A stretch of DNA of 64,000 nt from positions 1 through 64,000 of the forward strand of contig NIVC01000305.1 of the NCBI GenBank assembly GCA_002269645.1. The letters run 5' to 3'. Position numbers and translations under genes: made by a program. The DNA comes from Macrostomum lignano. Its lineage: Eukaryota. This document shows positions 11,701 to 22,699 of the stretch, in pieces. The stretch's first letter is position 1. Every line of letters starts with the position of its first letter. The notes beneath the pieces are model-generated. The model ran no database searches. It was not told the origin of the DNA and worked only from the letters and a program-made list of their open reading frames with translations.

Positions 11701-14642
11701 GGGATTTAGGATATTATGATTGGGATTTGGGGTATTATGATTGGGATTTAGGGTATTGTGATTGGGATTTCGGGTATTATGATTGGGATTTGGGGTATTT
11801 ATTGGGATTTAGGGTATTTTGATTGGGATTTGGGGTATTGTGATTGAGAATCGGGGTATTATAACGGGGATTTGGGGCATTATGATTGGGGATTGGGGTA
11901 TTTATTGAGATTCGGGGTATTATGACGGGGATTTGGGGCATTATGATTGGGGATTGGGGTATTTATTGAGATGGGTATTATGACGGGGATTTGGGGCATT
12001 ATGATTGGGATTTGGGGTATTAAAATGGGAATGTTGGGTTTTAAGAAAGGGCATTTTTTGATAGAGAACTCCTTTAAATATTAATTGGAGTAATGACAGT
12101 GAAATTCCATCATAATTCTATAATCCAATGCAAACCTGATCTCTATAGAGCGGCAGGACCCAGCTAGAAAGCAGGGCCTGTTTCCACAGATTGAACGGCT
12201 CCTCATCATTGAGCTGCGGGTGGATCACAACGAAACCCAGCACTAGCCAGCGCTCCAGCCGCTCCTGACTGACAACCTCCAGAGCCAAGATGTCGGAGGA
12301 CAGAGCGTTAACCAGCGAGCTGGGCTCTTTCAGCAGCGAAAGAAATTGCACAGCGCGCCAGTTCTCCGCGCGTAGAAAGCGCCGACTGCAGATGCCGCGA
12401 AGCGACATCAGCGCCGGGCAGAGCAGGCGCGAGTGAGGAACGAACTCGTCTTGCAAGCGGCGCATCGTGTGGGTTGGCTGGTCATAGTCCAGCATGAGCT
12501 GCGCCAGGCGGGGGAACTGCTTCTCCTGGATGGGTTGGGGTGAGGATAAAAGGGAATTACAGGGGGAGGATTAGTGCAGAGTGACTCTCATGTGAGGTAA
12601 GGATTAGTGTAGAGTGAATCTCAGGTGAGGTGAGGATTAGAGTAGAGTGACTCTCAGGTCAGGTGAGGATTAAGTGTAGAGTGATTCTCAGGTGAGGTGA
12701 GGATTAGAGTAGAGTGACTCTCAGGTGAGGTACGGATTAGTGTAGAGTGACTCTCAGGTGAGGATTAAGTGTAGAGTGATTCTCAGGTAGGTGAGGATTA
12801 GTGTAGAGTGACTCTCAGGTGAGGATTAAGTGTAGAGTGATTCTCAGGTAGGTGAGGATTAGTGTAGAGTGACTCTCAGGTGAGGTACGGATTAGTGTAG
12901 AGTGACTCTCAGGTGAGGATTAAGTGTAGAGTGATTCTCAGGTAGGTGAGGATTAGTGTAGAGTGATTCTCAGGTAGGTGAGGATCAGTGTAGAGTGACT
13001 CTCAGGTCAGGTGAGGATCAGTGTAGAGTGACTCTCAGGTCAGGTGAGGATCAGTGTAGAGTGACTCTCAGGTCAGGTGAGGATCAGTGTAGAGTGACTC
13101 TCAGGTGAGGTGAGGATCAGTGTAGAGTGACTCTCAGGTCAGGTGAGGATCAGTGTAGAGTGACTCTCAGGTGAGGTGAGGATCAGTGTAGAGTGACTCT
13201 CAGGTGAGGTGAGGATCAGTGTAGAGTGACTCTCAGGTCAGGTGAGGATCAGTGTAGAGTGACTCTCAGGTGAGGTGAGGATTAGTGTAGAGTGACTCTC
13301 AGGTGAGGATCAGTGTAGAGTGATTCTCAGGTAGCTGAGGATTAGTGTAGAGTGACTCTCAGGTGAGGTGAGGATCAGTGTAGAGTGACTCTCAGGTGAG
13401 GATTAAGTGTAGAGTGATTCTCAGGTGAGGTGAGGATCAGTGTAGAGTGACTCTCAGGTGAGGATTAAGTGTAGAGTGATTCTCAGGTGAGGTGAGGATC
13501 AGTGTAGAGTGACTCTCAGGTGAGGATTAAGTGTAGAGTGATTCTCAGGTGAGGTGAGGATCAGTGTAGAGTGACTCTCAGGTGAGGATTAAGTGTAGAG
13601 TGATTCTCAGGTGAGGTGAGGATCAGTGTAGAGTGACTCTCAGGTGAGGATTAAGTGTAGAGTGATTCTCAGGTGAGGTACGGATTAGTGTAGAGTGATT
13701 CTCAGGTAGCTGAGGATTAGTGTAGAGTGACTCTCAGGTGAGGTGAGGATCAGTGTAGAGTGACTCTCAGGTGAGGATTAAGTGTAGAGTGATTCTCAGG
13801 TGAGGTGAGGATCAGTGTAGAGTGACTCTCAGGTGAGGATTAAGTGTAGAGTGATTCTCAGGTGAGGTGAAGATTAGTGTAGAGTGATTCTCAGGTAGCT
13901 GAGGATTAGTGTAGAGTGACTCTCAGGTGAGGATTAGAGCAGAGTGACTCTCAGGTGAGGATTAGAGCAGAGTGACTCTCAGGTGAGCATTAGTGTAGAG
14001 TGACTCTCAGGTGAGGATTGGTGTAGAGTGACTTATAGGTTAGGATTAGTGTAGAGTGACTCTCAGGTGGGTGAGGATTAGTGTAAAGTGATTCTCAGAG
14101 GTGTGCCTACTCGTAGCTCAGAACCTTTCACCTGCACTTACCTGAGCTCCAGTCTTAGACTCCAGACACAGTACATAGATAGCCACTAATAATTTCTTAT
14201 CTTCAAACTGGCTAAACATAATCATAGTGGCAATATAATTAGCCACCAGATCTAGATACTGGAAGGTCATCTCAGTGTTCAACTCGGCATTCAGATGAAT
14301 ACCACTGGCATCCATCCTAGTTAGCAGTTCAGAAATGTGATCCTTCACGTCAAGGATGTCGAGAAATGCGACATAACAAATAGAGAATGTTTTAATGAAG
14401 TCTTCGCGTCGATTAACCAGTGCTGTGAGGTTTGCACTGCCGGAGCGCAGGTCGATGGTTGGAAACCGGCGCAGCAGATCTTTGCAAGCTTTGTCCAGAG
14501 TCTTCTCGGACAGCAGGTCCGACTTGTAGCGTTTTGACGCCTCCCGGACAAAGTGTAGGCGAGCCATCATACCGTTGAGTCGATCATTGAGGATGTAAAG
14601 CTTCTCGCCAATCTTCTGTTGGCCTTGCATCATTCGAGACAT
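3815..14642 (-). CDS. NCKAP1: Nck-associated protein 1 (Nap1/Hem, WAVE regulatory complex), complete 8-exon gene
   Basis: Exons: 14142-14642, 12136-12525, 10877-11281, 10092-10247, 8637-9165, 6052-6740, 4846-5160, 3815-4249. All introns are GT-AG with matching phases, giving one uninterrupted ~1139-aa ORF. Recognised motifs: QQKIGEKLYILNDR, FPRLAQLMLDY, HRERRKYLR, GLLGPK, RIDWLRLQA, PGTES, ELIGPYGMKYL, KEFLALCSSSLL, CFPYALIR. Confidence 0.96.
4400..4840. repeat. 21-nt minisatellite (GATAGAATGGCTGAGATAGGA), NCKAP1 intron 7
   Basis: Tandem units run up to the donor site at 4845. Confidence 0.95.
5295..5925. repeat. (GATT)n-derived microsatellite, NCKAP1 intron 6
   Basis: gattgattggct variants over ~630 bp. 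Confidence 0.95.
7135..8125. mobile_element. Solo LTR (991 bp) with 4-bp TSD
   Basis: TGTAGA...CTTCA termini, flanked by CTAT at 7131-7134 and 8126-8129. Removing it restores the minisatellite register. Confidence 0.75.
8221..8412. mobile_element. hAT-type MITE (192 bp)
   Basis: Perfect 16-bp TIR CAGTGGCGTAGCCAGG/CCTGGCTACGCCACTG. 8-bp TSD GCTATTAG at 8213-8220 and 8413-8420. Three internal 21-nt units. Confidence 0.92.
9255..9965. repeat. 21-nt minisatellite (CCTGTTGCTATGGAGTAAGGA), NCKAP1 intron 4
   Basis: Tandem units; source of the repetitive ORFs at 9267-9827 and 9359-9748. Confidence 0.95.
10255..10860. repeat. 24-nt minisatellite (AAAACAGACGAATCTCATTATAAC), NCKAP1 intron 3
   Basis: About 25 near-perfect units filling almost the whole 629-nt intron. 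Confidence 0.97.
11380..12030. repeat. 21-nt minisatellite (TTGGGGTATTATGATTGGGAT), NCKAP1 intron 2
   Basis: G-rich tandem units on the plus strand. Confidence 0.93.
12570..14100. repeat. 28-33-nt minisatellite (GTGTAGAGTGACTCTCAGGTGAGG(TGAGG)AT(T/C)A), NCKAP1 intron 1
   Basis: About 50 units with alternating variants and higher-order structure. Confidence 0.96.
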
Positions 14643-14824
14643 GTTGGATTATTATTATTGATATGCTGGTAAGACCGCTCCAATGATATTTCGCATGCAT
14701 AGATGAGTCAGTATATTAGCAGAAAGCCGCTCAACAACCAGCATTACTCGAATATTCCGTCAAATCGAGTGAAGCTAACAATTATTCATGTATTGTCCTA
14801 GACATCCTGGTAGCCTACAGAGAA

Positions 14825-15355
14825 CTAAAGAAACCCTGGGATCTCACGAAAAACCCTGGAACCTCCTGACAAGCACTGGAACCTCCTGACAAGCACTGGA
14901 ACCTCCTGACAAACACTGGAACCTCATGAGAAACTCTGGGACCTCATGAGAAATCTAGGAACCTCATGAGAAACTCTGGGACCTCATGAGAAATCTAGGA
15001 ACCTCATGAGAAACTCTGGGACCTCATGAGAAATCTAGGAACCTCATGAGAAACTCTGGGACCTCATGAGAAATCTAGGAACCTCATGAGAAACTCTGGG
15101 ACCTCATGAGAAATCTAGGAACCTCATGAGAAATTCTGGGACCTCATGAGAAATCTAGGAACCTCATGAGAAATTCTGGGACCTCATGAAAAATCTAGGA
15201 ACCTAATGAGAAACTCTGGGACCTCATGAGAAATCTAGGAACCTCATGAGAAATTCTGGGACCTCATGAGAAATCTAGGAACCTCATGAGAAACTCTGGG
15301 ACCTCATGAGAAATCTAGGAACCTCATGAGAAACTCTGGGACCTCATGAGAAACC
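14825..15355. repeat. 20-nt monomer / 40-nt dimer minisatellite upstream of the NCKAP1 ATG
   Basis: GAACCTCATGAGAAACTCTG-GGACCTCATGAGAAATCTAG repeated. Confidence 0.95.
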
Positions 15356-15954
15356 CCTTACTTAGGAGACCACTTAACAAACCACAGAACATCTGAATTG
15401 AAACATTGAAACATACAAATAAAATGAAAAAAGTTGAAAAAAGTTCATGGATTCACTGCCACACTACTTTAAATAGCATTTTTTACACTTAATAACCAAA
15501 CTATGCAAATTAAAAGCAAGTTACTCTGATAAGACACACACGCACCATAAGGCAACCATAACCAGAAATAATTTACACATTACCCACATAAATATCAAAC
15601 CGAACTTTTATACGCTAAATTTAATTTAGCCAAAACTGCATAAGCGGAGTGTAGAAATCTAGAGGGGTTAATACACAGTGTACGAATGTGCACAAGATGA
15701 AACAGTCTTGTACACGCGCGTAGAAAGGAGAGATGCTTTAACGGAAGATTTTGCAGTGGTACCAAACAACACTAACGGAGACAATTTCTTCTGCTACAAA
15801 GAAGCAAATGAAATTTGGTGTTGCAGAATTTTGTCAGACAAATACTTTTCAATTCTAACTCAATAAATAACTAAACTGACCAGAAATATTGGAGAATCCT
15901 TTATGGTTAGTCTACAAAATACCTAATTAAAAAGACACATTTAACTAATAGTGC

Positions 15955-16605
15955 GCGGGGTCTCTTAGGTAGTGTCAGGGTCTCTTGAGTAGTATTAGGG
16001 TCTCTTAAGTAGTGTCACAGGATCTATTGAGTGTGTCAGGGTCTCTTAAGTAGTGTCACAGGATCTATTGAGTGTGTCAGGGTCTCTTAAGTAGTGTCAC
16101 AGGATCTATTGAGTAGTGTCAGGGTCTATTGAGTAGTGTCAGGGTCTCTTGAGTAGTGTCAGAGTCTATTGAGTAGTGTCAGGGTCTATTGAGTAGTGTT
16201 AGGATCTATTGAGTAGTGTCAGGGTCTCTTGAGTAGTGTCAGGGTCTCTTGAGTAGTGTCAGAGTCTATTGAGTAGTGTCAGGGTCTATTGAGTAGTGTC
16301 AGGGTCTCTTGAGTAGTGTCAGGGTCTATTGAGTAGTGTTAGGATCTATTGAGTAGTGTCAGGGTCTCTTGAGTAGTGTCAGGGTCTCTTGAGTAGTGTC
16401 AGGGTCTATTGAGTAGTGTCAGGGTCTCTTGAGTAGTGTCAGGGTCTCTTGAGTAGTGTCAGGGTCTCTTGAGTAGTGTCAGGGTCTCTTGAGTAGTGTT
16501 GGTGTCTCTTGAGTAGTGTCAGGGTCTCTTGAGTAGTGTCAGGCTCTATTGAGTAGTGTTGGGGTCTCTTGAGTAGTGTCAGGATCTATTGAGTAGTGTC
16601 AGGAT
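15955..16605. repeat. 20-nt minisatellite (GAGTAGTGTCAGGGTCTCTT)
   Basis: About 30 tandem units. Confidence 0.95.
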
Positions 16606-17484
16606 GCTATGAGTCACTAAGTAAATTTACGAGTCATTCTGAATTATATAAATTGACTAAATGTTAAACCATACAATAATACACAACTGAAAATAATTAA
16701 AACAAAGTCCACAAAATTAACAAGAAGAAATTTCTACGCCATTTACAGTTTGCCAGCGAAGCAAATTTTATTAATATATAACAAATAGGCCTCAGCTTTG
16801 CAAACAATGTAACTCCATTTTTTGCGTTAGAAAAATCTTCTTTTAAAAAAAATATTATTCAACTTTTTTATTGAGGCAATAAGATGGATTAACGAAGACG
16901 CATATCGCTTGCAATGTAATTACCTGTAACTGCAAGTGTTAATTTGACATTTCGATTAGATTTAATAATAAGAGTAATAATAATAATAGTATTAAGATAA
17001 AAGCTAAAAAACTAATTACATTAATCATCGTTAATTATCGATAAAACTGTTATTAATTATAGTTATTAGCCAACTGTAAAAGCAAGTTTAAGACGCAAAC
17101 GATTCAAAAAAATTAATGTATATTAATAAAACAAAATGGAGAAATTATTTAGTCTAAAAACACAAATCAAGCTGTGGTTTATTAAATAATATAATTAACT
17201 TATAACTGCTGCAAAATCTAGAGAATGTAGTTAATTAAAAGGTGCGCGGATGTACTCTATTGCTAATACAGAACAAAATGTTTTTGTTAGAATTGAATAA
17301 ACTAACCTTAGTTAAAATCGAATCAAGCACTGCGCAGTTTAAATAAATCTCTATAAATAGTCTTTCATTTTATTTTGTTATTACTATAAATTTAAAAAAA
17401 AAATAAATCTACAGTCTTTGTGCTTTTCTGATGCGTATCTGATTGAATTTTTTTCGCCTGATTTATAAGAAACCAGTCGGGTAG

Positions 17485-18365
17485 GACCTTCTTCTAAGAA
17501 ACGGGTCACATCCGACCACCAATTTCTAAGAAACGGGTCACATCCGACCACCAATTTCTAAGAAACGGGTCACATCCGACCACCAATTTCTAAGAAACGG
17601 GTCACATCCGACCACCAATTTCTAAAAAACGGGTCACATCCGACTATCCATGTCTACGTCTGGCTACGTCTGACCCTCCATTTCTACGAAACCAGCTAGC
17701 TCTGACCTTCTATTTCGAAGAAACAAGCTAGCTCTGACCTATTTCTAAGAAACCAGCTAGCTCTGACTCTCTATTTCTAAGAAACCAGCTAGATCTGACC
17801 TTCTATTTCTAAGAAACAGCTAGCTCTGACCCTCTATTTCTAAGAAACCGGCTAGGTCTATCCCTCTATTTTTAAGAAACCAGCTAGCTCTGACCCTCTA
17901 TTTCTAAGAAACCAGCTAGCTCTGACTCTCTATTTCTAAGAAACCAGCTAGATCCGACCTTCTATTTCTAAGAAACAGCTAGCTCTGACCCTCTATTTCT
18001 AAGAAACCAGCTAGTTCTGACCCTCTATTTCTAAGAAACCAGCTAGATCTGATCTTCTATTTCTAAGAAACAGCTAGCTCTGACCCTCTATTTCTAAGAA
18101 ACCGGCTAGGTCTATCCCTCTATTTCTAAGAAACCAGCTAGCTCTGACCTTCCATTTCTAAGAAACCAGCTAGATCTGACCTTATATTTCTAAAAAACCA
18201 GCTAGCTCTGACCCTTTTTTTCTAAGAAACCGGCTGGGTCTATCCCTCTATTTTTTAAGAAACTGACTAGACATGACCCTCCAATTCTAAGAAATCAGTT
18301 AGGTACGTCTGACACTCCATTTCTAAGAAACCGATAAGATCTGATTGTTGTTTCTAAGAAACCGA
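17485..18365. repeat. ~32-33-nt minisatellite with two related subtypes
   Basis: AAGAAACGGGTCACATCCGACCACCAATTTCT (x~5) grades into AAGAAACCAGCTAGCTCTGACCCTCTATTTCT (x~20). Confidence 0.93.
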
Positions 18366-18517
18366 TCCAACTTTAGTCAGGATTTCTCTTAACATAAAAT
18401 CATTAAAGTCTTTAAAAACTTCGAATTTCAATAGTCCAAAATTTGAAAAAAAACATTTAATTAAAAGTTCTTCATCAAGGTTGGACTCTGAGTCACACGT
18501 GTGTCAACTCTCGTACC

Positions 18518-19049
18518 TCATTTAGCGATATCAACGCCGTTGGAGTTGGCCAACCAGCTGTCCTTGCTTAGTTCGACATTTTTCCAATTATCCAGAAGCA
18601 GAGCAGACAATGGCTGCTGCTGCGGCTTTTGCTCCTTCTGCTCCTGCGACAAAGTCGGCTGACTAACAATCATCGATTGCAGCTTCTGCTTCAACTCGGA
18701 CTCCGGTTGAATTTGAGAAGCCGGCTTTGGCGCCTGAAACATTGGCAGCGGCAGTTGCAGCAGTTGCTGCTGCTGCTGGTTCAACTGCTGCTTGGATTTC
18801 GGCTGGCACCGATTCAGCCAGCGATCGTTGCTGCCCTCCAGCTCTTGGCGAATCTTCGCTTCGCTGGATTCCTCGTCGGCCAGGCCCTGGAAGCAGCCGC
18901 CGTCGCACAGACAGTCAGAGCGGCTCTGGCACGGCTCGTTCGCTTTGCACACGTAGTTTATCAGCCAGCGGGTCTTGTCCTCGTCTATGGAGCCGGCGCT
19001 CAGGACCTGCAGTGCGGCATGGTGAGAAGGATGGCCATAAACTCATTTC

Positions 19050-19089
<40 letters not shown>

Positions 19090-20528
19090 CTCAAAGCTGT
19101 CAGCCAGTGAGGCGGCAGCATTGACAGCAGTGCCGCTGCCAGAGCCGCCAAGGCTGCTGCCGCTGCTGCTGCCGCAGCCACTGGCAGACCCGAGCTTCAG
19201 CGGAGTACGCGGCAGTCGAACCAGATAGGATCCCTGCTGCTGCTGCTGCTGCTCCTGTTGAAGCATCATCAGGCGGCTCTGTCCGCCGCCTCCGCCGCCG
19301 CCAGACGCCAGACTCTTGTGCTCCCAGCCTTCGTCCTCTTTATCGTCGTATTCCTCAACCGGCCCAGGCAGCGACGGCGTGGCGCTGCTGAAACTCGACG
19401 GCGACTGAGCGTAGCCGCACACGATCCGGCCGTACTGGCTGATGGACTCGTGCATCGCGGCGCTCTCGGCTGTGAATGAGATCAGCGGCGGCTCGGCTGG
19501 CATCAGAGGCAGCTGGAGAGTCTGCTGAGATGTCAGAGTCTTCTGCAGGCAGCGCTCCTGACGCCGGAGCTGGTCAACCTGGTTGAGGGGGGGGGGGTTT
19601 CAATGGCAAATCAATATAAGTTATAGGAGCTAGGTTAAAACGGCCCTTTTTAGGACAGAGCTGCTCACTGTATAAACGTTAATTAACATCTCCCAATGCT
19701 TTGCTCCCCACCCCACCTTGTAATTCGTTGTGGAAAGCAATAATTTTTGTTTCAGGGAGCTAAAATGACTGCCTGTGGCGCTAAAATGAGTGCCTTGGGC
19801 GCTAGAATGAGTGCCTTGGGCGCTAAAATGAATGCCTGCGGCGCTAAAATGAGTGCCTGTGACGCTAAAATGACTGCCTGTGGCGCTAAAATGAGTGCCT
19901 GTGGCGCTAAAATGAGTGCCTGTGGCGCTAAAATGAGTGCCTGTGGCGCTAAAATGAGTGCCTGTGGCGCTAAAATGGGTGCCTGTGGCGCTAAAATGAC
20001 TGCCTGTGGCGCTAAAATGACTGCCTGTGGCGCTAAAATGAATGCCTGTGGCGCCAAAATGAATGCCTGTGGCGCTAAAATGAGTGCCTTGGGTGCTAAA
20101 ATGAGCGCTGACTACATCGATTCTGAGAATAATGTACATGTAGGAATTTAGTCATGTACATCTACATGCAGAATTGTTGGCGCTTTGTCCCCTCCCCCAC
20201 CATAAAATCCATGGCGACGCCCCTGGGCCGTACACTCCTGTGTGAGTGGTGCCTGTGCATATGACTGGATACGTATCTACACTATCTACTATGAATGGGC
20301 AATAATGCCACTCGCCAGTTGTGTGACACTGTGACTCACCTGATCGGCCTGAACTAGCTCAACCTGCTGCACAAGCCACTGCTCCCTACTGCGCATGGCA
20401 GCAATCTGCTTAGCAACACTGTCCCTGATGGAGGCTTTCACAGCTTCAGCATTGTCTTCAAGAGATTTCCGACAGCTAGTGAGGTGAGACATGGCCTGGT
20501 ATAGGCGGGTTCGCTCAGAGTCAACCAT
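18518..20528 (-). CDS. NCOA4: NCOA4/ARA70-like protein (ferritinophagy receptor homologue), 3 coding exons, ~388 aa
   Basis: Exons 20340-20528, 19090-19578 and 18518-19006, all phase 0 and GT-AG. ARA70-type N-terminal coiled coil (VKASIRDSVAKQIAAMRSREQWLVQQVELV; ISFTAESAAMHESISQYGRI). The VCKANEPCQSRSDCLCDGGC motif matches the vertebrate VCRANEPC...CVCDENC segment as I recall it. Confidence 0.85.
19050..19089. repeat. (GACA)n microsatellite forming the 5' half of the 83-nt NCOA4 intron 2
   Basis: cagacagacagacagac... The donor reads GAG|GTCTGT. Confidence 0.9.
19760..20110. repeat. 21-nt minisatellite (AAAATGAGTGCCTGTGGCGCT), NCOA4 intron 1, inside a MITE remnant
   Basis: About 16-17 units. 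A TIR-like sequence (catggcgacgcccctg) lies at ~20210-20225. Confidence 0.93.
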
Positions 20529-22699
20529 GATGAATTCTTGATTGGTTATTTAGTTAAAATTAGATTGAACAGCTGCAAAAAAATATTAAACTATTAAAAC
20601 ATATAATATACATTAAGCTAGTTATTCTACGAGTGTGATATATTTTTCTTCCATTTTATATTTTCCTTTCTAGTCCTTTTTATTCTTGGTCACTAATTTT
20701 GCAACTTAAATATAGACTCTTAGTCAGCTACAATTTATGTTAGTTAGAATTAGATTACTTTGGTTAGCCATTAACTTGACTATATGATGTACTTGTATAT
20801 GCCATTTATCTTTGATTAATATAACTTATATTGCATTTTGAAGTCAACTTTATTTATTTATATTACTCAACTAGCAATCTAATGCTAGAAAATACTAATA
20901 AATAGATATAATAATAGCATAGTACAATAGTGCTATAGCTAAAATCTGCTAACAATACATCATAATAGACCTAAAAATTATAATATGAATATAGCATCTA
21001 CTATATAGAATATAGTGAGTTATATAGAAAATGTGACCAAAATGAAAAACAAAAATAAATTTTCCTAGTTAAAAAAACATAGGTAGATAACTAAGAAATA
21101 TTAGAAAATGGTATAGGAAATATTCAATAGAAAAAATAATAATACAATAGTAAAAATACAAACAAAATACAAACAAACAAAATAAAGCCCATTTGCAAGG
21201 CCAAGTCTTGAGCTATGCATAGAACTTTAGATGCTCCATTTGGCATCTAACTGTGGGAATTCATGTGGTATCAGGACTTTTTGAAACTACCAATTTGGCA
21301 ATATCCTATACTAGTATAATAACTCAAGTCAGTAAGTTTGGATGCCTAGCCTAATGTTATATTATGCTATGTCATGAAAACGTGTAGAACTTGAATTGTT
21401 ACAGAGGTGTTGCAACACTTTCCAAAGCTTATACAGTGACTATGGTATAAATAATAATAAAAGTAACAAATGTTATCTGCTCTCTTTGCATTATGATAAA
21501 TTGGCAAGAAGTTACTATAGCCCTGCCTAACAAGCTTCTTAGAAAAGAAGGATACACAAAGAAAGCAGCTTACAAGTGGCCAATTTATTGAATGCACTTA
21601 TATTTGAGTTCTTAATAAGGACAATAATTTACTATTTTACTAAGACAAGGGGTAGGCTTGCTAGTAGGTCTCAGAATGATAGATATAAGTGGTTGATTTT
21701 TTTGCTTTAAGTTAATGTCTATTATTTACTTTTCTAGCCCATTCTCTAAGTTAATTGCACTACACTAGATTAAGGCATTATTACCCTATTTGAACTTTAT
21801 TGTTTTATTCATATATTTTATGGTCCCAACTACTTAAACTCATGGCTATGCCCTGTCTATTTCTAAGCACAGTTTAGGTATAGCTTTGTATAAAATAGTG
21901 ACAAAATTAAATATAGGAATCTTCCAGATCAATAACTTATTTATAGTTGTGTACAACCACTACACTAGCCCTGAGAGAAAAAGTGGCATTTTCCAGGACA
22001 TGCATCTTGCGTGTTTTTTTTTATTTCAGGTTGGTGTGATGTGGCTATAGCCAGGTCGTGGCATGGCGCGCAAGGTGGCCAAGCATAGTATGGGTATAGC
22101 ATAGCATGGCGCGGAGCAACATGGCAAGAAAGGCAGAATCATTACATGTATACAACTTCTAGTGGTCCTTGGTCAGAATATTTATAGATAATAGTTGAAG
22201 ATTCCAGAATCTCCCTGAATATTTTATACATTAATTTAAAACAAAAAATTGCAATTTTTAGCTCAGTACACTTTAAGGCTCATTTTTTGGCCTCAGTGCA
22301 CTTTTCAGCTAAAGCTATTGTTTCTTAGTGCATGTCCAAGCAGTTTGTGCAGATATTCCAATAGGGATATTTGAACTTTTTACTAAACTTAACATGGTCA
22401 TAAAAACTCTATAAAAGGAATAACTTTGGTATAAATTGTTTCTAGATGTATATCTTTTTTTATCAGAAGCTATTTTGAAGTCTAGTTTAATAGATTATAA
22501 TATATAATTCATGAGGCATTCTTAAATAAGTTAAAACAAGCATAAATTATTTAAAAGGCAAGCAACCTTATGTTAGTCTTATTTTTTAAATCTAATAAAC
22601 AAGATAACTTAATTCATTAGGAAGTTATTTCATTTGGTTTTTTATTTTTCTAAAAATAGAAATTTTTTTAAATTTTTAAAATTTTTATTAAAAAAAAAT

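Noticed and set aside
10255-18365. Regular 20-33-nt repeats as CRISPR arrays
   Set aside because: Units are contiguous with no unique spacers, there are no cas genes, and the context is eukaryotic.
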